A stretch of DNA of 64,000 nt from Nitrospirota bacterium (GCA_963790025.1 CAWBMP010000004.1:1536001-1600000), one strand, 5' to 3'. Shown: positions 23,591 to 38,342, counted from the stretch's first letter. Notes: a model not told the origin generated them from the sequence alone. Numbers and translations are program-made.

Positions 23591-23722
23591 TTAAGGCATA
23601 GACTCTCCACCTACGCTGGGTAGTGGGCCACTACCCTCCTACCCTCCGCTACGCTGTCTTATTGATTAAGCGCTCCTTGTGGTAACATAAAAGGTATCGT
23701 ACAAATGATAATGTGAGGATAT

Positions 23723-25864
23723 ATGGATTTACTTGCTTTTGATAAAAAAATCTTTTTCCTGATAAACCATGGCTTTACAAACACTTTGCTTGATAGCTCA
23801 ATGCTCTTTTTAACCGAACACGGCTATGTATTACTGCTCCCGTTTATTATATATCTCTTCTGGACATCCTCTAAGGAACATCATAAGCGCAGTGGTTTTG
23901 ACATTTCCGCTGTTCTCGGGATAGTCGTGGTCGCGGTTTGTGCCGTTCTTTTGAGTGATTGGCTCGGAAACGAGCTTAAAAATGCTATCATGCGGGTCCG
24001 GCCCTGCAGTGCGCTTAAAGATGTCAGGCTCCTTGTCGGGTGCACTCAATCAGGTTCTTTTCCTTCGAATCACGCGGTAAATTCCTTTGCCTATGCAATT
24101 CCCCTTTTCTATCTGACCCGCAATCATATGCCCTCTTCTGTCCGCCTCTATCCATTGGTACTAGCGGGCCTCGTTGCCTTGTCAAGAGTCTATATAGGGG
24201 TGCATTACCCTTCTGATATTATAGCCGGCGCCTTTCTTGGCATAATAGTGTCACTTTTGATCATTACATTTTATGCATCCGCATTGCAGCGATATAAGAC
24301 GAGTCCGGAGACAACTCTCCTTTTCACCGGACTCGCAGCAATAAGCGTCTTCAGAATCTATTATATTCTGCACGGCCCGCTCGACCTCAGCCCCGATGAG
24401 GCCCAATACTGGGAGTGGTCAAGAAGACTTGATCTGAGCTACTACTCTAAAGGTCCTATGATTGCCTATCTCATTTATATTGGCACTTCTCTCTTCGGGA
24501 ACACCGTATTCGGCATACGCATAATGGCCGTTATATTTTCGGCTTTGAGCAGTATCTTTATATTCAAGCTTGTCAACCTTATGTATGCTAATGGTTCTTC
24601 TGAAGCAAACACCGGGACCCTAACCTTACCTCAAAGGTCCGCCGCCTTGCTGTCGGCTTTTGGATTTCAGGCCATTCCCCTATTTGCAGCGTTCGGCATA
24701 CTTTTTACAATAGATTCACCATTTATCTTTTTCTGGGTAGCTTCCCTCTATTTACTATATAAAGCAACCTCGGAAAAAACAGAAAAACACTGGACATCAT
24801 GGATATTGTTAGGCCTCGCTATCGGCTTCGGACTACTGACAAAGTACACAATGGCTTTTTTCCCTTTATGCGGACTATTACTGCTTTTCTTTTCCGATAA
24901 AAGATCATCGCTGACAACACCGATGCCTTATGCTGCATTTATCATAAGCCTTCTTGTATTCAGTCCAGTGATCCTCTGGAATGCCCAGCATGATTGGGTG
25001 ACGATCAGGCACACTGCCGGACAAATTCATGTTGCTGAAGGGCTTACCCTTTCAATGAAAAATTTCTTTGAATTTTTTGGCTCTCAAATCGGCCTTATTA
25101 CACCATTGTTTTTTTGTCTCATAATATACTCCCTTTTCAAGTTATTTCTTTCAGATAGCCGGTTTCAGTCAAAGTTCTTGTTCTATTTTTCCATTCCGGT
25201 AATAGGTTTCTTTTTGTTGAAGGCATTGCAGGGTAAAGTGGAGGCAAACTGGGCAATGATGGGGTATATTACAGGGATTATTGCAGCTGTTGACTTCTCT
25301 GTTAGTTACTGTAATTTCCGTTCAAGGGCAAGAACAGCATTCCTTGCAAGCAGTTTAGTTCTTGCGTTCTTAATTACAGCGATAAGTCACTATCCGTCGA
25401 TAGTAGGACTGCCTCAAAAACTCGATCCCTCGGCACGACTCAAGGGCTGGAAAGAGCTTGGCGCAGAGGTGAGCAGGCTGATCGACAAAGGAGATAAAAA
25501 CACTTTTTTCATTGTATTTTCAGATAGTTATCAAATGCCAAGCGAGCTGGCCTTTTATGTCAGGGGCCATCCGGAAACATTTTCGATCAACCTCGGCAGG
25601 CGAATGAATCAGTACGACCTCTGGCCTGATATAAACGACAGGGCAGCAAAGCTAAGACAGGAAAAAGGACCTGTTATAGTGAATGGAATCTTTGTTGTGT
25701 CGGGCAATAGAGAAATGCCTCAAGTCGTGGCCCGCGCATTTGATAGTTTCGAAAAGAATGTATTCAAGGTATCTGGAGAGAATGGACGTCTTACTAAAGA
25801 ATATTCTATTTTTATTTGTTATAATTTCAGGAATCTGAAAATGGGACAACCAGAAACTTTTTAG
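23723..25864 (+). CDS. Fusion of a PAP2 phosphatase and an ArnT/GT39-like glycosyltransferase
   Basis: N-terminal KNAIMRVRP, FPSNH, SRVYIGVHYPSD; then SPDEAQYWEW, YYSKGP, LTKYT and many transmembrane segments. Confidence 0.88.
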   Translation: MDLLAFDKKIFFLINHGFTNTLLDSSMLFLTEHGYVLLLPFIIYLFWTSSKEHHKRSGFDISAVLGIVVVAVCAVLLSDWLGNELKNAIMRVRPCSALKDVRLLVGCTQSGSFPSNHAVNSFAYAIPLFYLTRNHMPSSVRLYPLVLAGLVALSRVYIGVHYPSDIIAGAFLGIIVSLLIITFYASALQRYKTSPETTLLFTGLAAISVFRIYYILHGPLDLSPDEAQYWEWSRRLDLSYYSKGPMIAYLIYIGTSLFGNTVFGIRIMAVIFSALSSIFIFKLVNLMYANGSSEANTGTLTLPQRSAALLSAFGFQAIPLFAAFGILFTIDSPFIFFWVASLYLLYKATSEKTEKHWTSWILLGLAIGFGLLTKYTMAFFPLCGLLLLFFSDKRSSLTTPMPYAAFIISLLVFSPVILWNAQHDWVTIRHTAGQIHVAEGLTLSMKNFFEFFGSQIGLITPLFFCLIIYSLFKLFLSDSRFQSKFLFYFSIPVIGFFLLKALQGKVEANWAMMGYITGIIAAVDFSVSYCNFRSRARTAFLASSLVLAFLITAISHYPSIVGLPQKLDPSARLKGWKELGAEVSRLIDKGDKNTFFIVFSDSYQMPSELAFYVRGHPETFSINLGRRMNQYDLWPDINDRAAKLRQEKGPVIVNGIFVVSGNREMPQVVARAFDSFEKNVFKVSGENGRLTKEYSIFICYNFRNLKMGQPETF

Positions 25865-25873
25865 GAGTTAATA

Positions 25874-26821
25874 ATGACTGTATCAATTGTAGTGCCGCTG
25901 TACAATGAGGAAGAAAATGTCGAAGTATTGCACGAAAGGATCATGGAAGTCCTCACTACCAACACCATTGATTATGAAATAATATATGTGGATGACGGCA
26001 GCAATGACAGCACACTCGAATTACTCGACAAGCTGCAGGCCCAGCATAAAAATATTGTCGTCCTCAGTTTGAGGAGAAACTTCGGGCAGACCGCGGCATT
26101 TGCTGCCGGGTTTGATTTTGCCAGGGGAGATATTGTAATTACTATGGACGGTGACCTTCAGAATGATCCCAAGGATATCCCAAGACTCCTTGAGGAAATA
26201 AAGGATTGTGACCTCGTCAGTGGATGGCGCAAAAAACGCAAAGACCCTTTCATAACCAGACGTCTTCCATCAATTATTGCCAATTGGCTTATCAGCAAAG
26301 TTACCGGTGTCAGACTTCATGATTACGGTTGCTCGCTGAAGGCTTATCGCAGAGATGTTGTAAAAAACCTCAGACTCTACGGTGAAATGCACCGGTTCAT
26401 TCCTGCTGTTGCGAGTTGGTATGGAGTGAGGATATCGGAAATTGAAACGACCCATCACCCCCGGCTGAGGGGAAAGTCAAAATACGGCATTTCGAGGACT
26501 ATAAGAGTGCTGCTTGATCTGATCACAGTAAAGTTCCTGCAGAGCTTCTCGACAAAGCCTATGCAATTTTTTGGTCCTATGGGTCTTATATTTTGCCTTA
26601 TCGGCTTTTCTACATCGCTTTATCTGACTGTCGACAAACTCTTCCGTGGAGCGAATATAGGAGGCAGACCTCTGCTGCTGTTTGGGGTGCTATTGATCAT
26701 TGTGGGGGTCCAGTTTATCGGTATGGGGCTCCTTGGCGAGATGCTTGTGCGGGTATATCACGAAAGCCAGAAAAAACCTATTTATGCAATTAAAAAGATT
26801 CTCGGTTCGAGCAGAAAATAA
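25874..26821 (+). CDS. GT2 polyprenyl-phosphate glycosyltransferase (ArnC/GtrB-like)
   Basis: Motifs VVPLYNEE, VDDGS, RNFGQTAA, DGDLQNDP; two C-terminal transmembrane segments. Confidence 0.9.
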   Translation: MTVSIVVPLYNEEENVEVLHERIMEVLTTNTIDYEIIYVDDGSNDSTLELLDKLQAQHKNIVVLSLRRNFGQTAAFAAGFDFARGDIVITMDGDLQNDPKDIPRLLEEIKDCDLVSGWRKKRKDPFITRRLPSIIANWLISKVTGVRLHDYGCSLKAYRRDVVKNLRLYGEMHRFIPAVASWYGVRISEIETTHHPRLRGKSKYGISRTIRVLLDLITVKFLQSFSTKPMQFFGPMGLIFCLIGFSTSLYLTVDKLFRGANIGGRPLLLFGVLLIIVGVQFIGMGLLGEMLVRVYHESQKKPIYAIKKILGSSRK

Positions 26822-26827
26822 GATAAA

Positions 26828-27781
26828 TTGATCAAGAAAGCCTCTATCCTCATTTTAAAACTTGGCATAAGCGCCACCCTGTTGTATTTTCTTGTTTCAA
26901 AGGTCGGCGGCAGAAATATTATATATAACATAGCTCTGGTCAGTCCCATTACCTTTCTGGCAGCGGCAGTTTTGTATATAATCTCCGCCTACCTGTCCAC
27001 ACTGCGCTGGAAACTGCTTATCCCTTATCAGAACAAGACCTCAAGACTTTTCAGTATTTACATGATCGGCTCTTTCTTCAATACGTATATGCCGGGGACT
27101 GTCGGCGGGGATGTAGTAAAAGCATACTATCTGAATAAGGAAGTGCATGCACCCGGCATATCAAAAACACGAGATCATAAAGAAGTAACGAGTTCACTGA
27201 CTGTAGCAATAGCCTCGGTTTTTATGGACCGTTATGTAGGCCTAAGCGCTCTTCTTACTCTTGGTATGTTCGCTTTCCCTTTTGGCATCGGGTATCTTGA
27301 GAGGGCCTCTATCCACTGGCCGGTGATCTGGATAGTACCGGCAGCCACAGGCGTTTTCATTGTAACCAGTTTTTTAATTTTCAGATTCAGGATCGGCGAG
27401 CGGGTGAAATTCCTATTAAAGACTTACGAGTATTTTGAGTTTTACAGATTCAAATGGAATCTCCTTGCCCGTGGTTTTATATATTCCATTATGGTACAAC
27501 TTCTGGTGGTCTTGTCGGTATTCATTCTTTCAAGGGGACTCTCTCTGCACATACCCTTCCTATCGCTCCTTATATTTATGCCAATAATTATACTTGTATC
27601 AACGTTGCCGCTATCAATCTCGGGAATCGGCCTGCGTGAAGGGGCCTTTATCTTCCTTCTCGGCTCAACAGGCATTCCTGCCGAGAAATGCCTCACTCTT
27701 TCACTCGTCTGGTTCCTGTCGGTATTAGTAGCAGGTATCTGGGGCTTCTTTGAGTATTTACGATTAAGGGCCAGCGAATAA
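26828..27781 (+). CDS. Flippase-like membrane protein (lysylphosphatidylglycerol synthase TM/UPF0104 family)
   Basis: Motifs LRWK.LI, FFN..PG.VGGD..KA, P.SI.G.G.RE. Confidence 0.85.
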   Translation: MIKKASILILKLGISATLLYFLVSKVGGRNIIYNIALVSPITFLAAAVLYIISAYLSTLRWKLLIPYQNKTSRLFSIYMIGSFFNTYMPGTVGGDVVKAYYLNKEVHAPGISKTRDHKEVTSSLTVAIASVFMDRYVGLSALLTLGMFAFPFGIGYLERASIHWPVIWIVPAATGVFIVTSFLIFRFRIGERVKFLLKTYEYFEFYRFKWNLLARGFIYSIMVQLLVVLSVFILSRGLSLHIPFLSLLIFMPIIILVSTLPLSISGIGLREGAFIFLLGSTGIPAEKCLTLSLVWFLSVLVAGIWGFFEYLRLRASE

Positions 27782-27785
27782 AGAA

Positions 27786-29366
27786 CTAGCCTTTAAGGCT
27801 ATGTTTGGCAGAGAAGAAAAACAAGAGCCGTTTCAGATCTCTTAAATTATCCGGAAACCGTTGCTTTTCATAATATTCCTGAAGACCGAGCCGCAGCGCA
27901 CGGTCGGTAAGATTGAGATTGTATTTTTCTATTATATTATCCGCAATTGTCTCGATATCCTCGCGCCTTTCCCGCAAAGGCGGAATTTGAATGCTCACGG
28001 GCATCAGGGCCTTTAATAACTTTGCGGAAAACCTTCCTTCTTTCGCTTCAGCAATAATATTTTTCTGAGAAGTAATGATAAATTTGATATTAAATGATGC
28101 CGTATGCATCTCTCCCATCTTATAAAATGCGTCTTTGCTTATTATTTCGGCAAGGGCATCCTGTTGCAACATGGGAATGATATCAATGTCCTTGAGCAAG
28201 AGGGTACCTCCGTCGGCAAGTTCCAGCGCCCCTTTGTGTTTTTCGAATCCTAAAAAACAGCCTTTTGCACCGCAAAGTTCAATATCGAATGTATCACCCT
28301 CAAGAGAACTACAGTGAATTGAGAGGAAAGGCCCGTTTTTCCTCGGGTTATCAGGCCTGTGGTAGAGGGCAAAAGCAAGCAGCCTCTTGCCTACACTGCT
28401 TTCACCATATATATAAATATTCTTATCCTCTGCGGTAGCCTTATAAATTTCGTCAAGTGATTTATTCAAGGCCTTCGATTTCGTTGAAAAAGTGAGGTCA
28501 GGCGCAAGATAACTCTCTGCCTTGGATATGAATTGTTCCGACAGGCCTTCTACCTTGAACTCCGTGCACGCAAATTCAAATAGATCCAGAACTTCAGACA
28601 ATAAATCTTCAACTTCATTGTCAGGAATTTTGAAATACATCTTGGCAAACTCCCTGAACTTTTCCTGGGCTTCAACTACCGACGGGAAGAGAACCGCCCT
28701 GGCTGCGGCTTCTGCAGTGTCGACCAGTCTTAATAACTGGAATGTTTGATGGGCTATTGAGAGTTTAGAGGGGATTTGAGAAACCCTTTTTTGCTGTCCG
28801 TCCTTAGTAAATATATTAAGCATGAAATCAATAAGGTCCCGATAGATTCCGGGCGAAGACAAGTTCTTATCAAGCTGTTCAATATGGTTCGTCTTATACA
28901 ATCCCTGCTCTATGAATATCCTTTGCTCGATAGGGACTTTCATCATAAGGTCAATTATTATCTTGTATCGGGGATGTATCTTCAGCATTAGAAGCATACC
29001 GATTGATGGCAGCATGCCTGCAAAAAAGGCCTCATCTTCATCAGCGATTTGCACACGCTTATTAATCAGTGCGGCTGTTTCTCCCGCTATAACCGCATAG
29101 CACCAAAACAACAGATAGTCGCTGTTGAGATAATTATCCTGTTCGAGTATAAACTTCCCGGCGCCTTGAGCACCGATCAGAGTTATGGCCTGAGAAATCG
29201 ATGTTATATCATTCCTTCTGCCGGAGACATTAATATGCTTAAGCAATGAAAAGTACAGCCCGGGATCATATTTAAGCAGTTGAGAAATTTTCTGGAGCGG
29301 CACTTCATTATTTTGTACAAGGACGTTCAGCGAAGATACCGTATGTTCGAAAACAGGCATATTCAT
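27786..29366 (-). CDS. HDOD domain plus degenerate sigma-54-activator-type AAA+ domain
   Basis: N-terminal DPGL...SISQAI.LIG...AFFAGML..IG; C-terminal GESSVGK, ALELADGGTL, IPPLRERREDI, FP.NLRDL. Start uncertain (29366 to 29396). Confidence 0.8.
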   Translation of the reverse strand: MNMPVFEHTVSSLNVLVQNNEVPLQKISQLLKYDPGLYFSLLKHINVSGRRNDITSISQAITLIGAQGAGKFILEQDNYLNSDYLLFWCYAVIAGETAALINKRVQIADEDEAFFAGMLPSIGMLLMLKIHPRYKIIIDLMMKVPIEQRIFIEQGLYKTNHIEQLDKNLSSPGIYRDLIDFMLNIFTKDGQQKRVSQIPSKLSIAHQTFQLLRLVDTAEAAARAVLFPSVVEAQEKFREFAKMYFKIPDNEVEDLLSEVLDLFEFACTEFKVEGLSEQFISKAESYLAPDLTFSTKSKALNKSLDEIYKATAEDKNIYIYGESSVGKRLLAFALYHRPDNPRKNGPFLSIHCSSLEGDTFDIELCGAKGCFLGFEKHKGALELADGGTLLLKDIDIIPMLQQDALAEIISKDAFYKMGEMHTASFNIKFIITSQKNIIAEAKEGRFSAKLLKALMPVSIQIPPLRERREDIETIADNIIEKYNLNLTDRALRLGLQEYYEKQRFPDNLRDLKRLLFFFSAKHSLKG

Positions 29367-29388
29367 AAATGTTATAATAAATGGATTA

Positions 29389-31272
29389 ATGTTCAAAGAG
29401 CAAGACTATAATGTCCTGGTAATCGGCGCCGGCCACGCCGGATGCGAGGCTGCACTCGCTGCCGCCCGCCTGGGCCTTAGCACATGCATCTTCACCACTA
29501 ACCTCGATACAATTGCGCATATGTCATGCAATCCGGCTATTGGAGGTCTTGCAAAAGGTCACCTGGTAAGGGAAATCGATGCCCTTGGCGGCGAGATGGC
29601 CAAAGTTACCGATGAATCCGGAATACAGTTCAGAATGCTTAACCTCTCAAAAGGTCCTGCTGTGTGGTCGCTGCGGGCCCAGGCTGACAGGGTACTCTAC
29701 AAGCTCTCCATGCGCGGGTCACTTGAGAAGCAGGTGAACCTTACAATAAAACAGGGGTCTGTTGAAAAAATAATTGTTGAAGACAATGCTGTTACTGGAG
29801 TTGTGACTTCGCTGGGCACCTTTTATGGAGCAAGGGCAATTATTGTGACCACCGGGACCTTTTTAAAAGGACTCATCCACATAGGTACCGACAGTTTTCA
29901 GGCGGGAAGGGCGGGTGAATTCCCTTCAATAGGATTGTCGGACTCTCTTCGCGAGCTTGGGCTGAAAATGGGACGGCTAAAAACCGGCACACCTCCCCGT
30001 CTCGATGCAAGGAGCATTGATTTTTCGAAAACGACTGCTCAGTGGGGCGATTCGCCGCCCCCTCATTTTTCCTTCTCGACTGAAGCAATCACCAACCCCC
30101 AGTTGCCCTGCTACATTACATATACCAATAAAAAAACCCATGAAATAATCCTCAACAATCTTGACAGGTCTCCGCTTTACAGCGGCCGCATTAAAGGCGT
30201 CGGAGCGAGATATTGCCCCTCCATTGAGGACAAGGTAGTCAGGTTTTCCGATAAGGAGCGGCATCAGGTATTCCTGGAACCGGAGGGGCTTAAAACCACA
30301 GAATATTATGCTAATGGCATTTCTACAAGTTTGCCTTATGATGTGCAGCTTAAACTCGTGAGAAGCATCGCGGGACTGGAGCAGGCTGAGATAATGAGAC
30401 CCGCATATGCCATAGAGTATGATTTTGTTTACCCGACACAGCTTAAACATAGCCTGGAAGTGAAGGGTATAGAAGGGCTTTACCTTGGAGGGCAAATTAA
30501 CGGAACATCCGGATATGAAGAGGCCGCTGCACAGGGGTTAATGTGCGGCATCAATGCGGCACTGAAACTGAAAAGCGAACCACCTCTTGTCCTGGGCCGT
30601 GATGAGGCCTATATTGGAGTGCTTATCGATGATCTTGTAACAAAGGGGACCAGGGAACCTTACCGGATGTTCACCTCAAGAGCGGAATACAGGTTGCTGC
30701 TGAGACACGACAATGCGGATTTAAGACTCCTTGAAAAAGGGTATGCTGCCGGCCTGGTGCCGGAAGCGGTATATAACCGCTTCCTGAGGAAAAAAGAGTT
30801 AACCGAAAATGAGGTGCTCAGGTTAAAAAAAGAGCGCATAAAGCCCTCCGGCGATTTGAACTCACTATTGTCATCTTTAGATACAGCAGGAATAAGCGAA
30901 GATACTCCGCTTGATAAATTATTAAAGCGGCCTCAAGTAAAATATAGCTTTATAAAACAGCTCTCTCCCCCACCGGATGGACTTACCACGGAGATTGAAT
31001 CCGTTGTGGAAATACAGATCAAATATGAGGGCTATGTGCAAAAGCAAATGGAACTTGCTGCCAGGTTCAATAAATTTGAGTCGAAAAGGATACCTCCTTC
31101 GCTAGATTTTACTTCAATTCCCGGACTTTCCAAAGAAGTTATAGAAAAACTTCGCGAAGTTCAGCCGGAAACAATTGGCCAGGCCGGCAGAATACCGGGT
31201 GTCACCCCGGCTGCCGTATCCATACTTTTAGTAACCGTAGAAAGACATTGGAAACAGAGCGGGAACTCCTGA
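29389..31272 (+). CDS. mnmG: tRNA uridine 5-carboxymethylaminomethyl modification enzyme MnmG (GidA)
   Basis: Motifs GAGHAGCEAA, MSCNPAIGG, RYCPSIEDK, GQINGTSGYEEAAAQG. Confidence 0.98.
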   Translation: MFKEQDYNVLVIGAGHAGCEAALAAARLGLSTCIFTTNLDTIAHMSCNPAIGGLAKGHLVREIDALGGEMAKVTDESGIQFRMLNLSKGPAVWSLRAQADRVLYKLSMRGSLEKQVNLTIKQGSVEKIIVEDNAVTGVVTSLGTFYGARAIIVTTGTFLKGLIHIGTDSFQAGRAGEFPSIGLSDSLRELGLKMGRLKTGTPPRLDARSIDFSKTTAQWGDSPPPHFSFSTEAITNPQLPCYITYTNKKTHEIILNNLDRSPLYSGRIKGVGARYCPSIEDKVVRFSDKERHQVFLEPEGLKTTEYYANGISTSLPYDVQLKLVRSIAGLEQAEIMRPAYAIEYDFVYPTQLKHSLEVKGIEGLYLGGQINGTSGYEEAAAQGLMCGINAALKLKSEPPLVLGRDEAYIGVLIDDLVTKGTREPYRMFTSRAEYRLLLRHDNADLRLLEKGYAAGLVPEAVYNRFLRKKELTENEVLRLKKERIKPSGDLNSLLSSLDTAGISEDTPLDKLLKRPQVKYSFIKQLSPPPDGLTTEIESVVEIQIKYEGYVQKQMELAARFNKFESKRIPPSLDFTSIPGLSKEVIEKLREVQPETIGQAGRIPGVTPAAVSILLVTVERHWKQSGNS

Positions 31273-31871
31273 GAAAGGGGCTGACAATGCTTGGGGTCAC
31301 TGCCTCAGAAGATACCTATGTCCTTTTTTTGCGATACCTGTCTGAGTTGAAAAAATGGAACCAGGCCTACAATCTCACTGCGCTAAAAAATGATACTGAT
31401 ATAATCATAAAACACTTTTTTGATTCTTTATTATTTCTCAAAATTTTTCCACAGAGTAATGGCAATGTTTGCGACGTGGGTAGTGGTGCCGGGTTTCCGG
31501 GTGTCCCCATCGGGATCCTCAGGCCGGAACTGTCCATTACCCTGATTGAGGCGTCAAGGAAAAAATGCGCCTTCTTAAGAAACATTAAAAAGGTCCTTGC
31601 CTTAAGTAACATTACGGTACTTGAATCGCGCATAGAGGATGTCAAAGATATCGGCTTCAATATAGCAGTAACGAGAGCCCTGTTCAATATCAACGAATTT
31701 GTTAAGAAAACAGAACATGTAGTCAATAAAAACGGCTGTTTTATAATGAGCAAAGGACCAAAATATCTGGATGAACTAAAAAAGATGCCGTCTTCCGCCC
31801 ACTTTGAACATATTACGGCCATTTTACCCCTAACGTCTTTGCAAAGGCACTTGATAAGAATCACTTTTTAA
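31248..31871 (+). CDS. rsmG: 16S rRNA m7G527 methyltransferase RsmG (GidB)
   Basis: Motifs WN..NLTA, HFFDSL, DVGSGAGFPG; follows mnmG. Confidence 0.95.
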   Translation: METERELLRKGLTMLGVTASEDTYVLFLRYLSELKKWNQAYNLTALKNDTDIIIKHFFDSLLFLKIFPQSNGNVCDVGSGAGFPGVPIGILRPELSITLIEASRKKCAFLRNIKKVLALSNITVLESRIEDVKDIGFNIAVTRALFNINEFVKKTEHVVNKNGCFIMSKGPKYLDELKKMPSSAHFEHITAILPLTSLQRHLIRITF

Positions 31872-31884
31872 TTTTTTTTCGCTA

Positions 31885-31913
31885 TTGACATTGGTAATAG
31901 AAACTGCTAACAT
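31885..31913 (+). promoter_or_regulatory. rRNA operon promoter
   Basis: TTGACA-17 nt-TAACAT preceded by a T-rich UP-like tract; boxA-like TGTTCTTTGA near 31923 and 32031. Confidence 0.7.
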
Positions 31914-32084
31914 AGTCTGAGATGTTCTTTGAGTCTTAGGTTTTTTCCTTACTATAGTGTCTCAGGTCAAGCAAGGTTACGTATTTGCGTGGCTTTATGA
32001 GCTTAAATCCTGAGGTACCATGGGTTTTTTTGTTCTTTGAAAACTAGAGGTAGATTCTGTCAATGATTATTTGAGTTTAGGAAA

Positions 32085-33610
<1,526 letters not shown>

Positions 33611-33693
33611 TAAGGAAAGAGAGACAGAATCTACCTTTTAGTTTTATAGATGATTATGATCTTTGACAATGCAGGGGAAGAGAAGTAAAGAAA

Positions 33694-36721
<3,028 letters not shown>

Positions 36722-36786
36722 CTTCTTATTCTCTCTCCCTTGCTTGTCAAATTGTCTATCTTACATAGTGCACGCTTTCGCTGTAT

Positions 36787-36831
36787 AATTAAAGAAAGGG
36801 TATTATTATAATGCCCTTTCTTTAATTTTTT
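36787..36831 (+). terminator. Intrinsic terminator of the rRNA operon
   Basis: AATTAAAGAAAGGGTATTAT-T-ATAATGCCCTTTCTTTAATT followed by a T-run. Confidence 0.7.
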
Positions 36832-36861
36832 GTGCTAAAGGTTGTTAAAGGGGTTCAATGA

Positions 36862-38283
36862 ATGAAAGAAAGAGATATATTTGAAGAAATAATAAACCTT
36901 GGCAAGCGGCGCGGTGTCCTCACATATGACGAGATTAATGAGGCGCTTCCATCTGAATTTTTCTCCCCTGACGAGCTGGAAGATCTTATGGATGTCCTCA
37001 GTGATATGGGGGTTAAGGTCGTTGATTATGAAGAGTCGATTCTTGGCGAGGAGGAAGCCGAAGAGGAAGTTGAAGAGTATGAGAGAGCTGAAGATCTGGT
37101 CCAGGCCTATTTTAACTCAATGGGAGATATATCCATTCTCACGAAAGATGAGGAAACAGACCTCGCAAAGAAACTTGAAGAAGGCAGAGATATCATAAGC
37201 AGGATCATATCGACACTCCCCATTTTTGACAAAATAAAGAATACTATCGATATAGAGGATGAAGAAGGCCTTACAACAGATGAAGAAAGGGCCGATGAGG
37301 CACTTATAAAAACGCTTTCGAGACTAGAGGAATTAATAGAGACAGCCGGCAGAACAGATTTGAAGATAAAGAGGTATGGCGCCCTCAAAGATTTCAGGGC
37401 GTTTATAAACGAGAAGAAGAAAAAGGGCCAAAACACAAAGCGGTATGACGTACTGCTTAAAGAGACACTGGCGGATTACAAGAAAATAGAATCAGAGATC
37501 GGGATAAGAGTTGACGTGTTGAAAGATCTCTGGCATAAGATATCCAAGGCAAGACATCTTGTAATGGAGGCAAAAAACGAGCTCATCACAAGAAACCTGA
37601 GGCTGGTTGTTAATATCGCTAAAAACTACGTGGGCAGGGGGTTGCCGTTGCTGGATCTGATCCAGGAAGGGAACATCGGCCTAATGAAGGCCGTCGACAA
37701 ATTCAAATATGAAAAAGGATTTAAATTCAGTACCTATGCGACATGGTGGATACGCCAGGCGATAACAAGGGCGTTAATAGATCAGACAAAGACAATTCGT
37801 GTTCCTGTTCACATGATGGAATTTTACAACCGCGTTACAAAGGCGTCGAGAGAGCTCACCCAGCAACTCGGACGCGAGCCGACAAATGAGGAAATTGCAA
37901 AAAAACTTGTTGTCCCTGTCAGAAAGGTTGAAGAGGTATTCAGGGCCATACAGGACCCGATAGCACTACAAACGCCCATTGGCGATGAAGATACGGAACT
38001 TGAAGATTTTATCGGCGATAAGACAAGCCCATCGCCTTATTCGGATGCCGAACGTATCGAGACCTCAGAGCAGATACAAAGAGTGCTCAGAACGCTCACT
38101 CCCAAAGAGGAAACTGTGATAAGGATGCGATTCGGCATAGGCGTCGACAGGGACCATACACTTGAAGAGGTAGGCAGGTATCTCTCAATAACGAGAGAGC
38201 GCGTACGCCAGATAGAGGCAAAAGCCCTCAGAAAATTAAAACACCCGAGCAGATTAAGAGCGCTGAAAATACTCACCAGTTAA
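36862..38283 (+). CDS. rpoD: Group 1 sigma70 factor (RpoD-like)
   Basis: Region 1.1 (GVLTYDEINEALP), NLRLVV.IAK, DLIQEGNIGLMKAVDKF, STYATWWIRQAI, TRERVRQIEAKALRKL. Confidence 0.92.
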   Translation: MKERDIFEEIINLGKRRGVLTYDEINEALPSEFFSPDELEDLMDVLSDMGVKVVDYEESILGEEEAEEEVEEYERAEDLVQAYFNSMGDISILTKDEETDLAKKLEEGRDIISRIISTLPIFDKIKNTIDIEDEEGLTTDEERADEALIKTLSRLEELIETAGRTDLKIKRYGALKDFRAFINEKKKKGQNTKRYDVLLKETLADYKKIESEIGIRVDVLKDLWHKISKARHLVMEAKNELITRNLRLVVNIAKNYVGRGLPLLDLIQEGNIGLMKAVDKFKYEKGFKFSTYATWWIRQAITRALIDQTKTIRVPVHMMEFYNRVTKASRELTQQLGREPTNEEIAKKLVVPVRKVEEVFRAIQDPIALQTPIGDEDTELEDFIGDKTSPSPYSDAERIETSEQIQRVLRTLTPKEETVIRMRFGIGVDRDHTLEEVGRYLSITRERVRQIEAKALRKLKHPSRLRALKILTS

Positions 38284-38297
38284 AACATCAGGCAAAA

Positions 38298-38342
38298 GGC
38301 AACTGGCTAAAGGCAAAAGGTTGAGGCCTTTAGCCAGTTGCC
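38298..38342. terminator. Bidirectional hairpin between convergent rpoD and bioA
   Basis: GGCAACTGGCTAAAGGC...GCCTTTAGCCAGTTGCC, a perfect 17-bp stem overlapping the bioA stop. Confidence 0.6.
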
